Positions 37,871 through 51,928 of a stretch of DNA of 64,000 nucleotides are shown piece by piece. Made by a program: the position numbers and the translations under genes. Location of the stretch: the NCBI GenBank assembly GCA_964016885.1, contig OZ024741.1, forward strand, positions 89,838,001 through 89,902,000. Reading direction: 5' to 3'. Source of the stretch: Eledone cirrhosa. Its lineage: Eukaryota. Within the stretch, counting starts at the first letter, position 1. Every line of letters begins with the position of its first letter. The notes beneath the pieces are model-generated. The model was not told the DNA's origin, did no database searches, and saw only the letters and a program-made list of their open reading frames with translations.

Positions 37871-38814
37871 CATTAACTAATAGAGCCACCAAGAGAGCTT
37901 CTACATGGTCACTTAACTTATAGCAAACAAAGGTTACTAAAATCATATAACCTACTATCCCAGGACGAAAATGGCCACATTTGATAATGTGGTCCTAGTT
38001 ATATTGTATTTGAGCTAATGATGTGTATGGTCACAGCTGTAACACATTTGATCATACGTTTTCTGAATCATATCTGACTCGTTGCTAAATGACGACGACG
38101 GCAGCAGCAACAGTAGCGGTTGAACATCGGGTTCAGTTGCCCTCGTATAATGTTGCATTTCATAGGAAATCTCTTGGTGTTGTTAACATCTGGGGTAGAT
38201 GCAATTAAGTGTCTTCTCCCTTCTCTAGAATTAATGACTGTGTCTCTATTAAAATCTTGATAATCCCACCAGATAGTTCAATGTTACCAAATTCAAGAAG
38301 ATAATGGAAACATATATAATTACACGTGAACTTTTCAAATCAAATAAATTCCTTAGTTCACACTTTCTGTGAAACAATAGATCCAATCAAGGGGACATGA
38401 TAAGCAATAGTTTATGGGCTTTTGACATCGACAGGTACGGTAAAGTGATCAACACAATCTTTTGCGATAGTTAATTGCATACCTTTACATTTCTGAATTC
38501 AAATCTCCTCGAAGTCGACTGGGTTTTTCTATTCCTTCTAGGTAAATAATGTAAGTGCCAGTTAAGTACATAGATCGATATAGTCGTCTATTCCCCACCC
38601 ACCTTAATATGTGAATCCTTGTATCTAACTTATACATTCATATAATTTATAACTATCTGTGTATGGACCCGTAACTTCTGATGGTGACGGGGCGGGGGAG
38701 GGGGAGGGGGGCGCTTGAGAAGATCCAAGGGTCACTGGGGCCTAAGGGGGCGGTAGGGTAGCTATGAATTTATTATTTATAATATTATTATAGTATTGTA
38801 TATATATGATATAA

Positions 38815-39112
38815 TTTTTTCTACTTTAGGCACAAGGCCAGCAATTACCCACTATGCTAGAAAGCATGGCGTCCAACCCTCTACCGATACTGCCAATTCA
38901 ATGATTGTATATATATGATATAATAGTAGTGGATTGGCAGTGTCGGTAGTGTCGGACGCCATTCTTTGCAGCAAAGAGTTACGGCCCTTTATGGTCTGAG
39001 TTCAAATCCCGCCGAGGTTAACTTTGCCTTTCATCCTTACGGGGTCGATAAAATAAAGTATCAGTAATACACCGGGATAATTGCTGGCCTTGTGCTAAAA
39101 GTAGAAACAATT
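38815..39112. mobile_element. Two main-family SINEs head-to-head (internally deleted - copy 38815-38900; + copy 38928-39112)
   Basis: SINE motifs. 21-bp duplication ATTGTATATATATGATATAAT at 38795 and 38904. Confidence 0.75.
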
Positions 39113-39749
39113 ATATATCAAATTATATATATCATGTGTAAAATAACAAATATATAATATTTATTTATACATAGTATATATTATATTATCTATTATATAT
39201 AAATTAACGATTTTATTTATTACATATTATTTACAAACTGTGTATAGACAGGTCTTTCTGAGAATAGGGTTAGGGGCGCTGAGGATATTACGTGGCTGTG
39301 AGGTGAGCGGTGACCCAAAAGGTTTGAGAACCTCTGACGTAATGTATCTTGCTAATCGCTCTACTATGGCAATCTACCGTCCCGAACGTAATATATTATG
39401 CATTCTTCACAATTTACATAGCTAAACTGATAAATATCAGAATGACTAGGTACGCCATACGTATGAATATTAAGTTAGTGCCATCATACTTAATGTAGTG
39501 AGTACAAAAATATAATAATCTAAGTAATAAGTGACGTGGAAAGAAGAAAATATTAGTACCATGACTAATATTGTTATTGATAAAAGTTAGTATTAGTCAT
39601 TATTAGTCATTGAGATATACCATCTAGACTAAGGTGTAGAGTCGGCCGCTTCCCCTTTCTCTTACTTTTGATATTTCATTTTTTTAATGCAAACGCTGAA
39701 TATACCTTTGTAATAAACAAAGTGCAAAGCTATAAACAACCAAAAACGT

Positions 39750-40140
39750 CACTGAGTTAATATTTTCAGCGTCCCTGTTTCATTGAGCAGCACAAGGATG
39801 TCAAAGAAACAGACATCTAACTCAACCCTACTAATCAAGGATAACGAGGTATTAAAACCTTCAAAGTTGCGATAATAGCTAAATGAGCTTCCTTGTATTC
39901 CACAACGAACTCTTCCTCTTTGAAGACCAATATAATTTCTTCGGGTCACTCCTTCTAAAAAGCACAAGTAAGACCTATACTGGAGCACTGTTTCTATAAC
40001 AATGTTGCAGTTACGCACACAAATATCTTGGATTGCATGCATAAGGATATACAACTGATCATCAAAAACATACTCACCAATATACCATTACTAACACTGC
40101 CCCATCTATGTGCTGCCTTCTTTATCTCTCTGTCTATTAT
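39750..40140 (-). pseudogene. Highly decayed PLE-like RT fragment
   Basis: Remnants QHIDGAVL (motif B'-like) and FNTSLSL..ELDVCFFDILV (FLD-like) in the expected order. Confidence 0.35.
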
Positions 40141-40149
40141 ATCTCTACT

Positions 40150-40372
40150 ACAGGGCGGTCGATTGGCAGAATTGTTAGAGCGTCGGATAAAGTGCTTTGC
40201 GGCATTTGTTCCGTCTCTTTGCATCCCGATTTCCCTCGGAGGTCAGCTTTACCTTTCACCCCCCTCCCTCCCCCCGGTGTCGATAAAATAAAGAACCAAT
40301 CAAATATTACGGTCGATATAATCGATTTTCCTCTCCCAACAAATTGCAGGCCTTCTGCTAAAATTGAAAAGC
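40150..40372 (+). mobile_element. Main-family SINE, diverged
   Basis: TTGGCAGAATTGTTAGAGCGTCGGA..GTCGATAAAATAAAG. Confidence 0.7.
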
Positions 40373-40742
40373 GTTACACCTCTTCAACAATAGCATCTGC
40401 ATCCTTCAACTAACTAGGTACATACGACCTCGATTCAGTCTCATCCGATACCCAGATATAGCTTTCTACAATCACTCAGATTATGTCTCGCACCCGCGAT
40501 TTGTTCGCACTAAAAGCTCCGTACAGTTCTTCTCTCTCATAACTCTCTCCAGTTCATGTTATCTCTGTAAAGCTTAATATCATCTGTATCAATCTCACCA
40601 GTCTGTATAGCCTGCAGACTTTCTGGACTGGCATCCTTATATAACTAAGTTACCTATCTATCTGTTTGTTTGTGTCTGTCTGCCAATCAGTTAATCAGTC
40701 AGCCACTCTCTTTGTCTCTCTGTCTATCTATCTATCTATCTT

Positions 40743-40802
<60 letters not shown>

Positions 40803-41028
40803 GCTGTCGTCTGTTCTACAGTGTGGATGTAATTCACTTCGCGCAGAAGTTTTGTTCAAATTTATTGCGGAAATTTTGTGAGTTCAAATTTAATTTTGAT
40901 ACAATTGTGTAGCTTGACCCCCCGTCTGAACTGTCAGGCGGTGGGTCAGCTCATCTTTACCCCTCCTAGAGGTGAAAAACCTGTTTTAAAAAATTTTGTG
41001 GCAAAAAAATTTCAATCGTCTAACAGAA

Positions 41029-42930
41029 ATGTTAAACGCAGCGAACGAAAATAGTGGTGGGGGGACAGCGGTAAGAGTTGTAAGCTCGCACGCTTTAGTC
41101 CCCCCTTCCTTCCCAACTAACGTCATAGAGAAGGAAGGAAAAATTAAAATAAAAACAGACGAATCTGCGGAGAAAAAAAATGACGAAAACACAAATCTGG
41201 ACATGGATTCCAACAACGAAAAAAAAAAAATTGGAAAAATTGCATGACAATACTAATAACACAAACAAAGACACAACAAACACAAAAATAACATTTGAAA
41301 ATAACACCATAACAGAAAGCAAAGCAGACGACAAGATTTCATTTGCACAGAAAACAAAGAAATCTTTGACTTATATACCGGAAAATATTTCAGATGTGGC
41401 ACGAAGGATCACAGACGCCAAACAATACATAAGTGAAGGAGAGAATGGTATTTTATCGGTAAAAATGCCTCAAGAATTCACCAAAGACATTGAAAGCCGA
41501 ACGGTCAAGTTTCGGACCATCAACAACAGTACAAAAAAACCTGAACAGCCTTCTCAAGCAGATATCAAAACAGTACTCACAGAAGTACTTAATGAAACCA
41601 CTTTCATAAGAAAAGACAGACTGTATGGAAGCCTAGCAATTATCATGAAGAACGAATCGGCGGCAAAAAAATGTGCTTTGTCACCGATTCGTTCGAAAAA
41701 TTTCACCTTTTATCCATCTTATATGGGTAAAAGAACTCAACGCATATGGCTGGATGCAATGATGCCAGATGTGGACTACTGCTGGCTCATAGCTGGCTTC
41801 ATCGATCCAGTGAATGACAACGTGATTTCCATTGGGAAAACCACAGGCAATGCGTTCAGTGGAACAGGTATAGAGCTGATAGTGCAAATGAAGCCTGAAC
41901 GCATCGCCCAAATACCCGACAGAATCCTATTAGAGGACCACGGGTATATAAACATTAGCGTGGAGTGGAGCAGGCCGTCCTGCCATATCTGTGCAGGCAG
42001 AGGGCACCTGAAGGCCGCTTGTCCCCAACTCAACAAAAAGAAAACCCTGCTACCAACACCAGCTCCACCACCACCACCACAACAGATAAACAAACAACAA
42101 AACTCAGTCCCACCCAACCCGTCCCTCAGTAAAACCACACCACCACCACAACACAAACAGTCACAACACATTACCCCAAAACAAAATACAGGCCCACCCA
42201 ACCTCTCACTCAATAAAACAACACAACCACCGCAGACACAACACACAACACAGTCTAACATAGTGACATCCATCTCCCCCACAAAGAAAACCAACACGGA
42301 AACATTACCAGCAAACATACCTCTTCCCTCCAACACTGAAGATAACCCAACGAATTCGGAGGAAGAAACGGAGTCCTTCAGACAGATTAAAAGGAAAAAA
42401 AGAAAACATGTGCAAAACACACAAGGCCAAACAACCCCCACCCAAATCTCAACATAATCCAACAAAACAGAAAACACCCCTCCAGCAACAAACAAAACCA
42501 AACCTGCCCCTCCCCTCTTCGAAACACTCACACCATCCGAAAAAAAGACATTACACTATACTTACATCAACAGAAACAATAATAAATTAAATGAACTCAT
42601 ATACAATAATCCTTCGGTACAAACCGAAGGTGTAAACTTTGTTTCGTCAGAAAACTACCCACATTTAAAATTAATAAAGATCCCAATGAACCTCTACCAA
42701 AACCTAAAAAAGGATTTTAAGGAGGACGTAGGACCACCCTCTGTCAAACCCATAAACCGCGTCCTACTAAAAAGCTTTCCCCCTCCCCTTCCCCCTCCCC
42801 AACACAACTCCAAACACCCCAACCCCACCACACACTGACGACCCCACACCACCACAAGACACCCCTTCACCCAACACCCCTGACCCCATGGAAGTCGTGC
42901 AACCCGAACCCCGGAAAGCGGAAAAGTAGG
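41029..42930 (+). pseudogene. Tx1 ORF1 (gag-like), frameshifted
   Basis: CHICAGRGHLKAAC zinc knuckle and Pro/Thr/Gln-rich tail. Frameshift at the poly-A run near 41225. Confidence 0.8.
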
Positions 42931-42962
42931 TCTCTACACTCTCCTTTGGCTCTGCCGCCCAC

Positions 42963-45900
42963 ATGGATGTGTTAAGAGTAGGATGTTTGAATGCACGTGG
43001 CCTGGGCTCAACTTGGAAGCAAGCAAAGCTTCTAAATGACCTCAGGTCATGTAGTATAAATGTAATGGTTATCTGTGAGACTCGAATCAGCGTCGTGCGG
43101 CAGCTGGCCCCCACCTTCGATGACTTTGAGGTGCATGCATCTCTCTGTCAACCTGGAGGTGGGGGTGGGGTTGTCGTACTGCTGCAAAAACACCTGGGTC
43201 TTGCCGTACAGGTTGTGCACTCGGACCCGGAGGGTCGTTTGTTGGTGCTAGACGTTGGCAGTAGTGAAAGTGCGGCCTTGAGACTGGTCGCCGTCTACTC
43301 CCCTTTCGGAGCTGAACGGCCCGACTTCTTCCAGCGTTTGGAGACTTTTCTGGGAATACGCGTTCCCTGCTTCTAGCGGGGGATTGGAATGACATCCTAG
43401 ACGCACGTTGGGACTATGCAGGAGCATGTCCTAATAGAGGGGGGTGTAACAGCCTCAAGGGGTTACTCGACCGTTTTAACTTGGTCGATAGATATCGACT
43501 AGATTTTCCAACTGTGCCTACCTGGACTTGGAGAAACCACAGTGGTCAATCTAGATCGTACTTAGATAGATTCTTAGTTAGAAGTAAGGATAGGGACATA
43601 TTAAGCTGTCCAGAAATGCGCACGGTTGGCTACACGGACCACAAATTAGTGACCTGCGTAGTCAATCTCGAGAAAACACATAAACAGGGTCCCGGTTACT
43701 GGAAACTTAATTTGTCTTTACCGGCAAAAGAGACTTACAGAAACCGGATTAGCAGATTAGTTAAGGAGAGGTTGACGGGTGCAATCGTCAACAACCGATG
43801 ATGGGCATCTCTCAAAAGAGAGATTAGAACAGAATCAATAAGTTATAGCAAGATGTTAGCTGCCGATAGGAATAGAAACGAGAAAGAATTAACAGGTAAA
43901 TTAGAAGAGGCAATCAAGAGCGAAGATGTGGCCAGAGTGCTGGCATCGAGGACGGCCTTGAACCAGTTTTTCGATGCAAAGCACGAAGGCTGCGTCATTC
44001 GAAGCAAAATACGTGCTCTAGGTAATGAGGGGGCCAAAGCCGTTGGCTGGGCCCGCGTGACAGAAGCTAAGAGTGGAAATCGATCCACCATCCGGTCGTT
44101 GCAAGACGAAGATGGACGGGTGATCCGGGAGCCTAAGCAGATGTGCGAGGCCTTTCAAAGGCACTTTGCCCGATTGTTCGGGGGAGGCGAGGGTCCGGGC
44201 GGGGGCGTGGATTTCGGTCCATACCTCGACGGCCTGCCGCGTCTCTCGAGCGAAGAGGCAGAGTCCTGCGAGGGACCAATCTCGGCTGATGAGATCGGAG
44301 ATGCGCTGAGCCAATGCAGCAGACGCAAATCTCCAGGACTCGATGGTATACCTTACGAACTTTATTTAGCAATGCCGGTCTTCTTCTCCGAACTCCTCGA
44401 AGCGGTCTACTGCAATTGGCAGCAGAACGGGAGAATTCCTTGTTCTGTAGCCAAGGGCGTAGTCACGCTGGTGAGGAAGGACGAGAACAAGGGGGATAGT
44501 ATAAATAATTTTCGGCCCATAACCCTGCTAAACACAGAGTTAAAGATTTTGGCCAAGGTGTTAGCAAAGAGGTTGGCGCTTGTCGTGGGTGGCCTGGTGG
44601 GAGATGCGCAGACATGTGCTATCCCATCCAGGTCCATTCACGATAACCTCCACCTCATGCGATACATCATAGAGAGGCTTCGGTGGGGCCCCGATCAACT
44701 TGGATCAGTCTAAGGCCTTCGATAGGGTCGACCATGGTTACCTGGATGCGGTGCTAGCGGCGGCTGGGTTCGGTCCTGTTTTCAGAGGCTGGATAACTGC
44801 CTTACATAGCAACCACATCTGTTCTAGGATCAAGGTGAACGGCTACCTTTCGAAGCCGTTCGAAATCACACGATCCATTCGACAGGGGTGCCCTCTCTCC
44901 TCCCTTCTGTACGTATTGACTCTCGAGCCTTTACTGAGGAAGTTGGAGTTGTTGCAGGGTATCCCCCTGGAACCAGGATTGAGCAAAGCGGTGTCGGCCT
45001 ACGCCGATGACGTAACAGTAATGGTATCGACCGACTCGGAGATCGAGGCGATCGGTACCTTACTGGAGGAGTACGAAAGGTTGTCAGGAGCGAAACTGAA
45101 CCGGGAAAAATCCATCGGGCTGCAACTCTGAACGTGGAGAGGCAGACCGATGCCTCCTGACGGTGTCGTCGGACACTGGACGGAGGGCCCGGTAAAGTTG
45201 CTTGGGGTCTGGTTTGGACCGGACCTCCAGGTGGAAAAGAACTGGAACGAGGTTACGAACAAGGTGTTTGCACTAACCCAGAAATGGGCCAAGTGTAAGC
45301 TGTCCCTAAAAGGCCGGGCGGAGGTGGCGAACATTTACATAGCGTCCGTCACTTACTACCGCCTGACTGTCGTGCCTTGCCCTAAGGAAACACTCACCAC
45401 CATGGAACGCATGCTCTTCCAATTTCTTTGGAAGAAGCGCCCTCCTATGGTGAGAAAATCCATCTGCTGCCAACAACCTTCGAAAGGAGGGCTGGGGATG
45501 CCGTGGTTGATGATGCATAGGCACGCATTAAGGCTACGGCACCTACAGGTATTCCTCACTGGTCAACCGGTGTGGGCTCCGTTCGTGAAACGAGCCTTTC
45601 CGAGACTCGTCTCGCTCACCGAGCTACAGTCCTGGGTCAAGCAAAGATCCGGAAAACTGGGAGACTGGCACACTGAGTGTGCTCAGGCGCTCAGGGCTCT
45701 CTGGCAGAATCAGAGCTCTCTGGAGAATCCACCTCATCATTCTATAGAGGGCTGGTGGCTAGCAGGGGCGATGACACCCTTGGAGAGTCGCTGGACATGG
45801 AAGAAGACGAACTGGCCAGCCTGTTCGGTAGGACTTTCGACCCAGGACCAATGGACAACTTCTAGAAGTCACTGGCCTGGCAGTGCTACCGGGGGGCTCT

Positions 45901-46342
45901 ACCCGTTCGAGAGAGGCTCTACAGACACGGGCGCCCGGGCAGGGATCCCTCAAAAAAGATTTGCCCTAGATGCGTGCGTCACGAAGAAACCGTTGCGCAC
46001 GCATTGGTGCAATGTCCGGGCGTGGCTGATCTGTGGGGCTACGCCGAACGACTGCTGTCGCGGGTGGCGCCGATTAAATTGACCGCCGAGTCCGTGATGA
46101 CAATCAAACCGCCTCCCCACTTCACAAAGGAAGCAAAGGCGGTTTTTCTGTGCGTAATAGCCATGTTGAAAGAGGTTGTTTGGTGGACACGATTGAAAGG
46201 TCTGAGGTCAGGCAACTTCCTCTCTGGCCATAGTCTGGTCTACTTCTTCCGATATCACTTCGGAAGAAGGATAAGAATGGAGAGAGAGGTGCTTGGCCAC
46301 AGGCAGTTTTATGAAAGGTGGGTGATAGTGGCGAGAATGTAG
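42963..46342 (+). pseudogene. Tx1 ORF2 (AP endonuclease + RT + Zn finger), several stops and frameshifts
   Basis: LNARGL, ICET, GDWN, SYLDRF, TDHK, GYWKLN, KSPGLDG, NFRPITLLN, DQSKAFDRV, RQGCPLS, YADD, GGLG, CPRC..EETVAHALVQC. Confidence 0.9.
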
Positions 46343-46665
46343 GTAAAGAAGTAAAGGAGAGGGGAGCACCTTCTCCATGTGCTCCCCGGGCAAAGGATTG
46401 CACACTTTTTCGGGGGTGTGTGCAACCCCCATCACGTCCCCTCCCTTTTGAGGTTATTTTCGATTATTTTCATGTTACACCCTTTTTACTCGATTATATG
46501 TAAACTCCCCCTTTGTATTTGTCCCTTCTTTTTATGCCTTTATGGTAAATAAAGAAATCTATCTATCTATCAATCAATCATCTGTCCGTCTGCTTGTCTC
46601 TGTCCCGCGCCTCTTTCTATGTATATATATATATACATATATATATACATATATATGCATATATA

Positions 46666-46766
<101 letters not shown>

Positions 46767-47226
46767 GCACGCACATGTACATATATATATATATGTGTGT
46801 GTGTGTGTGAGTGTGTATGCATGCATGTATGTACGTATTTATGTGTTTTATATATATATATATATATATGTGCGTAAACACGGGTTTTAAATCTAAACAC
46901 CTGGTATCTCTCAACTGACATCTTGCTCAGGTTATATGTGTACCTCAAAGGCATCGGTTACCATGAATACCTGTTTTCCATTGCACACACGTGGCGGCAT
47001 CAAACTAGGTTTTACACTGACATATTTCCTCTAACTGTACAGGCCTTTCATACTTTTTCTCTCTCCCTCTCTCTTTCTTAAGCTCACGCATTCACACTGG
47101 AAGGCATATACCCATACATATACACACTCACACATCTGCACACACACACATTCGCTCACTCAGATATCTAACTGTCCAGATCTTCAACAGCGTTTCTTCC
47201 ATTCTCACTCTCTTTTTCGTCTCAGT

Positions 47227-47349
<123 letters not shown>

Positions 47350-48118
47350 TATAGACACTCACTTAAATTCACACACACACACAGGGATATATGCATGAAC
47401 ACACACACACACTCATACATACGTACATACCTACATTCGCTCACTTAGATATATAGTATATCTGTGCAATGTATCAAATTCTATTACACCTTAATATATT
47501 GAAGGCTTAATCTATTTATAGAGAATCATAACATTTATCCTATTTCTAAAAAGAAAATAAAAACAATGAATCTCCGTCAGTTTCGGCGATAAATGTTCTA
47601 GTTGTTCGATCAACGTAACTGCCTGCTCGACAAAATGACTGTGCGTTCCATAGACACGTGTAACCTTAAAATAATTCGCAGAGAGATTCAGCGTGACACA
47701 GTTTATAGCAAGACTGGTCTTTGAATTACAGATACAGCCCCCTCCGTCGAGTTTCAAAACTGTTCCACATACTCAATAACACTTCCTCCAGATGCCACCC
47801 AAGACCTAATGATTGCGAAGCGAACTTCTTAACCATTCAGCCATGCAGTGTCTACTAAAAAAAAAAATATAGAAAATCCAACGATCAATAAAAAGAAAGC
47901 AAATAAAGGGAACAAATGCTGCGAGCCATTTTGTTGTATGCCTTAACGACGTGATCAACTTACCAACTGACAAGTACAAATGCTACAATACGAATATACA
48001 CTTTGTGAGCAACCGGAGACAGGCTTTGCTCGACACGCGTTCAAACCATATCTCATTGAGTGAGTAATTGTGAGTGAACGAGTTTATAGCGAATACTCTC
48101 TATAACATCACCAATATG

Positions 48119-48243
<125 letters not shown>

Positions 48244-49307
48244 GGTAAACAGAAATGACAACAACAATCGGTACAGTATATGGAAGGAATATATTAGGTT
48301 AACGCTTGAAATAGCAGGAAGAGGGTTTTAACGTTTATGACGCTAGTCCTTCATCAGAAGAGAGAATGAGAAATAAGATAGATTGAGGACAAATCCTTTA
48401 ATCGTCAGCTAACTGATAGAGTCATTATGATTTCTCTTCTCTAAAAGTTAGGATCATTCAAACCAGCGCACACAGGATTTCAACAATACAAACAAGAGAA
48501 CAAAATACAGCAAGATATGTCAGAGCAAGTCTTTTCGACTAAATAAATGAAATTGGAACAAGGGTTGCAGTTTCACTTACATTCACTTTTTTTTTTGGAC
48601 ATTGCTATTTATGTTACTAGAATTTTCAATGCATTCATTCGTGGGTTTAAGTTGCAGTCTTATAAACGGACACCGTGAAATTGACTATGTCAGCAAACTT
48701 TACACTGCAGAGAACATTTTTTGCAGTTTAGTCTGGGAGGGATGAGTAGTGCTCCTGACTATTTTCAAGGCCTCGGAGATAGTTCGGAGGGCAGTGATTA
48801 TTATAAGGTGCATTTACATCCCAGCTTTTTTCAAGTTGGCAGAACGAACCACCTTAATTCAAAATAGTCAATTCTCTTCTTCTGCTTGTAAAACTGCAGT
48901 AAAAGGAACATTTGTTGAACCCTCTAGTTTTAGGTCACAATCTACCCCTAGGATGAGATGCTTGTGAAGTTTCTTTATTTTAAAGTACTTTACTGCGATC
49001 TTCTATTAGGTTAGGTTCTGCCTTATTTAAAACATATCTATTATTTATATTTATAAGCTTTTCTAAATTAAATTCTAAGTTTAATGAGATGTAAAGTATA
49101 TTAATGACAAATTGTTAAATTTATATGATATTTGCTACTCCTTAAATGTTGGGTTGTTAAACAGTTTAACTTGGCTGCTATTTCTAGTATCAATTTTGAA
49201 CTCGTCATTAAGTAATATACAAATGATTAGCATGTTGTTAGTTCTACTCATGCGGACCGTATTATACATTATGCAGGATCGTTGGACGTACGCAACGGGT
49301 AAATATA

Positions 49308-50395
49308 CCTTTCGTATGGCTTTGACTTAGTGATGGCTTTCCATTGAATGGAGTAGTCTATACTTGAGTCCTTGAGGGACCATACGTGGCTCGCGAGTTT
49401 CGTGGATGAACGTCTGTCCGGGTACCTAAAGGTCGACTGGTGGTTCAGGAAGCGTTCCTTAAATCGGCCCTCCGCCATACCCACATAGGATTTGACCTCC
49501 TGTGGTTGATTTGGTCGGTTGGAAGTGACCACAGCTTCGTAAACAGCGGGTGTGTTGCATTGTTGTTGAAGGGGACAAGCATCGGGCTTACGGCAAGAGC
49601 ACCCTGGTGGGGTGTTGCTCTTAGGGCTGTTGGTGATGTGGGCCTTCATGTTCTTAGCGCAGGAGTATCCTAGTTTTACTTTGTGTCGGTTAAAGATGGG
49701 GTGGTATTTATGACCTATGGGAAAGTGTCTATCTAAGAGGGCTAAAAAATGTTTGCCTACATTGGTTTTAACGTTGAGTGAGAAGGGAGGAAAGAACCAG
49801 ATAGTTTGTCTATTGTTACGCTTTCTTTTCTTAATGGTGTTGTTGTTAGTGGGAGAGTAAGTGATAGGTTGCGAGAAGCAAGTATAGACTACTCCATTCA
49901 ATGGAAAGCCATCACTAAGTCCAAGCCATACGAAAGGGGCAATCCGTCGTGTGGACTGTGTATTGATGAACGAATAAATATTCTAAAGGGATTACGCAAT
50001 AGTGATTGCTTAAACACGAGAAATGAATTCTTCACACGTTGTCCACACGTCTCGAAACACCTCTTACATAACTACAAAGCTCCGGATTGAATTACAACAA
50101 CATCCTAATTTTCTTATCAACTAGAAACTTTCGGACTTTCGCAGTTATCTCCCTTACACCTCTCGCACGCAATTTAGTATTGCCTGTGTAAAGTGATCGT
50201 TTCTGCGCATGCGCGTTCGTACGGTTGTCCTTCCTGTTCCGTATAACCATGTCCATTACGAGCTGAGAATCCGCTAAGGTGAAACAATTGTTCTCGGTAT
50301 GGTGAACTAACTGTTGTGTAACCACTTCTACCTAACTCGTCCCATGGACTGAGTGCTCTACCACTACGGATATTACCTTCCACTGTTCTACCACT
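49308..50395 (+). mobile_element. Second PLE type (C-terminal GIY-YIG with CxC linker, Hydra-clade-like) with inverted 5' part
   Basis: Minus 49308-49870 encodes IWFFPPFS..FNRHKVKLGYSC..CSCRKPDACPLQQQC..VY..YVG..FKERFLNH. Plus 49879-50090 continues CGLC..LNTRNEFFTRCPH. 59-bp overlap; 3' UTR ends in (TA)n. Confidence 0.85.
50259..50296 (+). ncRNA. Type-I hammerhead motif in the PLE 3' UTR, core variant CTGAGAA
   Basis: CGAG-CTGAGAA-T-CC GCTAA GG-T-GAAA-CAATTG-TT-CTCG. Confidence 0.65.
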
Positions 50396-50465
50396 ATATA
50401 TATATATATATTCATATGTATGCATACATAATACACACACACACACACACACACACAACACACAC

Positions 50466-50591
<126 letters not shown>

Positions 50592-50647
50592 CAAGTATTG
50601 CACTAAGAAAAATAAAGCGTTGACATGAAGAGATTATGAATTTATTT

Positions 50648-50757
50648 GCTTTACCATATGTTTCTGTGTCTATCATAAATTGTTTACATATGCTGACTAC
50701 AATATATATTGTTCAATCATATGTAATACTTAATTTTATTACACTTCATCAGAAAGC
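50648..50757 (-). ncRNA. Type-I hammerhead motif with ~80-nt stem II; cleavage triplet mutated
   Basis: Minus strand reads GCTTT-CTGATGA-A-GTGT..TTACATATG/CATATGTAA..ACAC-A-GAAA-CATATG-GT-AAAGC. Confidence 0.6.
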
Positions 50758-51115
50758 CTATAGTAGTAGAATTCAACTGTTCACTATATAAATATATATA
50801 TATTAATATACAATTTTCACAAATGATGTATTAATACCAATTCATTATCAATTGATTCTCAAAGTAAAGTACATTTGATCCAGCATGGCCTTAGTCATAA
50901 TCAGTAAAATGAACTAAAGAAACACATATCCGTACTATCTGACCATAAGATTAAACAACGCGTGCCCTACTTTGGCATATATTTTTAGCATTTCTGGGAC
51001 TATCCCTGGTGTGGCTACCGCTTTCCCTGCCTTCATATCTTTAATAATCTTTTTCTATATACATATGCAGACACATAAATTCACTCATTCACACACACGT
51101 TATGTATACATACAT

Positions 51116-51202
<87 letters not shown>

Positions 51203-51391
51203 TTTATTTATATGCGGATGTGTTTATGTATATATATTAATATAAATATAAATAAATATATATATATTTATTTATTTACATTAATATATATACATAAACA
51301 CGCATATACAAATGTGTGTGTGTGTGTATACATGTATGTATACATAATATATATATATATATATGCATATATATATATATATATATATATA

Positions 51392-51456
<65 letters not shown>

Positions 51457-51656
51457 TTAAGGATACTATTTATGGTTATGTATATACTAAAACTTTTTAT
51501 AGTTATGTATATTTTAAACCCTAAACAGTGAAAGTCAGTAATTTATTACTACCTTATTACCAGTAAGATAAATAGCTCAATGTAATAACATCAGTTGTTC
51601 TACAGAGCAGTTATATAGAATACACAGGAATCAAAGCTATGTTCAAAGCATTTATT

Positions 51657-51703
51657 CGCTTACAATTGTTTCATCCAAACCGAGGCTTGGTGTCTTCGGA
51701 GCA
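51657..51703 (-). ncRNA. Type-I hammerhead motif, one core mutation
   Basis: Minus strand reads TGCT-CCGAAGA-CA-CCAAGC CTCG GTTTGG-AT-GAAA-CAATTG-TA-AGCG. Confidence 0.6.
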
Positions 51704-51928
51704 TTTTTCAATGTTTGTACACATACATGACCTCCTTTCCAACGCAAGAGACATACAGATACATATGTATATATTGATGTACAGTGGGGTGACATATATT
51801 ATATTATTTCTGAATGGCAATTTAAGTTCAAAAACAAAATCACATTAAAACAGAATCAAAGCACAATAAAAATTAAAATACATCAATGCAAAATTAAAAT
51901 ACATTTTATGTATTTTATGTATTTTAAT

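Larger units (their letters stand above)
40803..46557 (+). mobile_element. Tx1/L1-clade non-LTR retrotransposon, near full length, inside a (TATC)n tract
   Basis: ORF1 with CCHC knuckle; ORF2 with APE, RT and C-terminal Zn motif; AATAAA at 46548. (TATC)n on both sides. Confidence 0.9.

Noticed and set aside
37779-40803. U2 fragment near a Tx1 element, suggesting a U2-targeting Keno/Utopia insertion
   Set aside because: The U2 piece has its own TSD and is 3 kb from the Tx1 end, which is flanked by (TATC)n.
48325-48362. Minus-strand CTGATGA-A-GGAC TAGC GTC-ATAAA-CGT-TA
   Set aside because: GAAA is mutated and stem I is poor. Counted only as a decayed candidate, not annotated as a feature.
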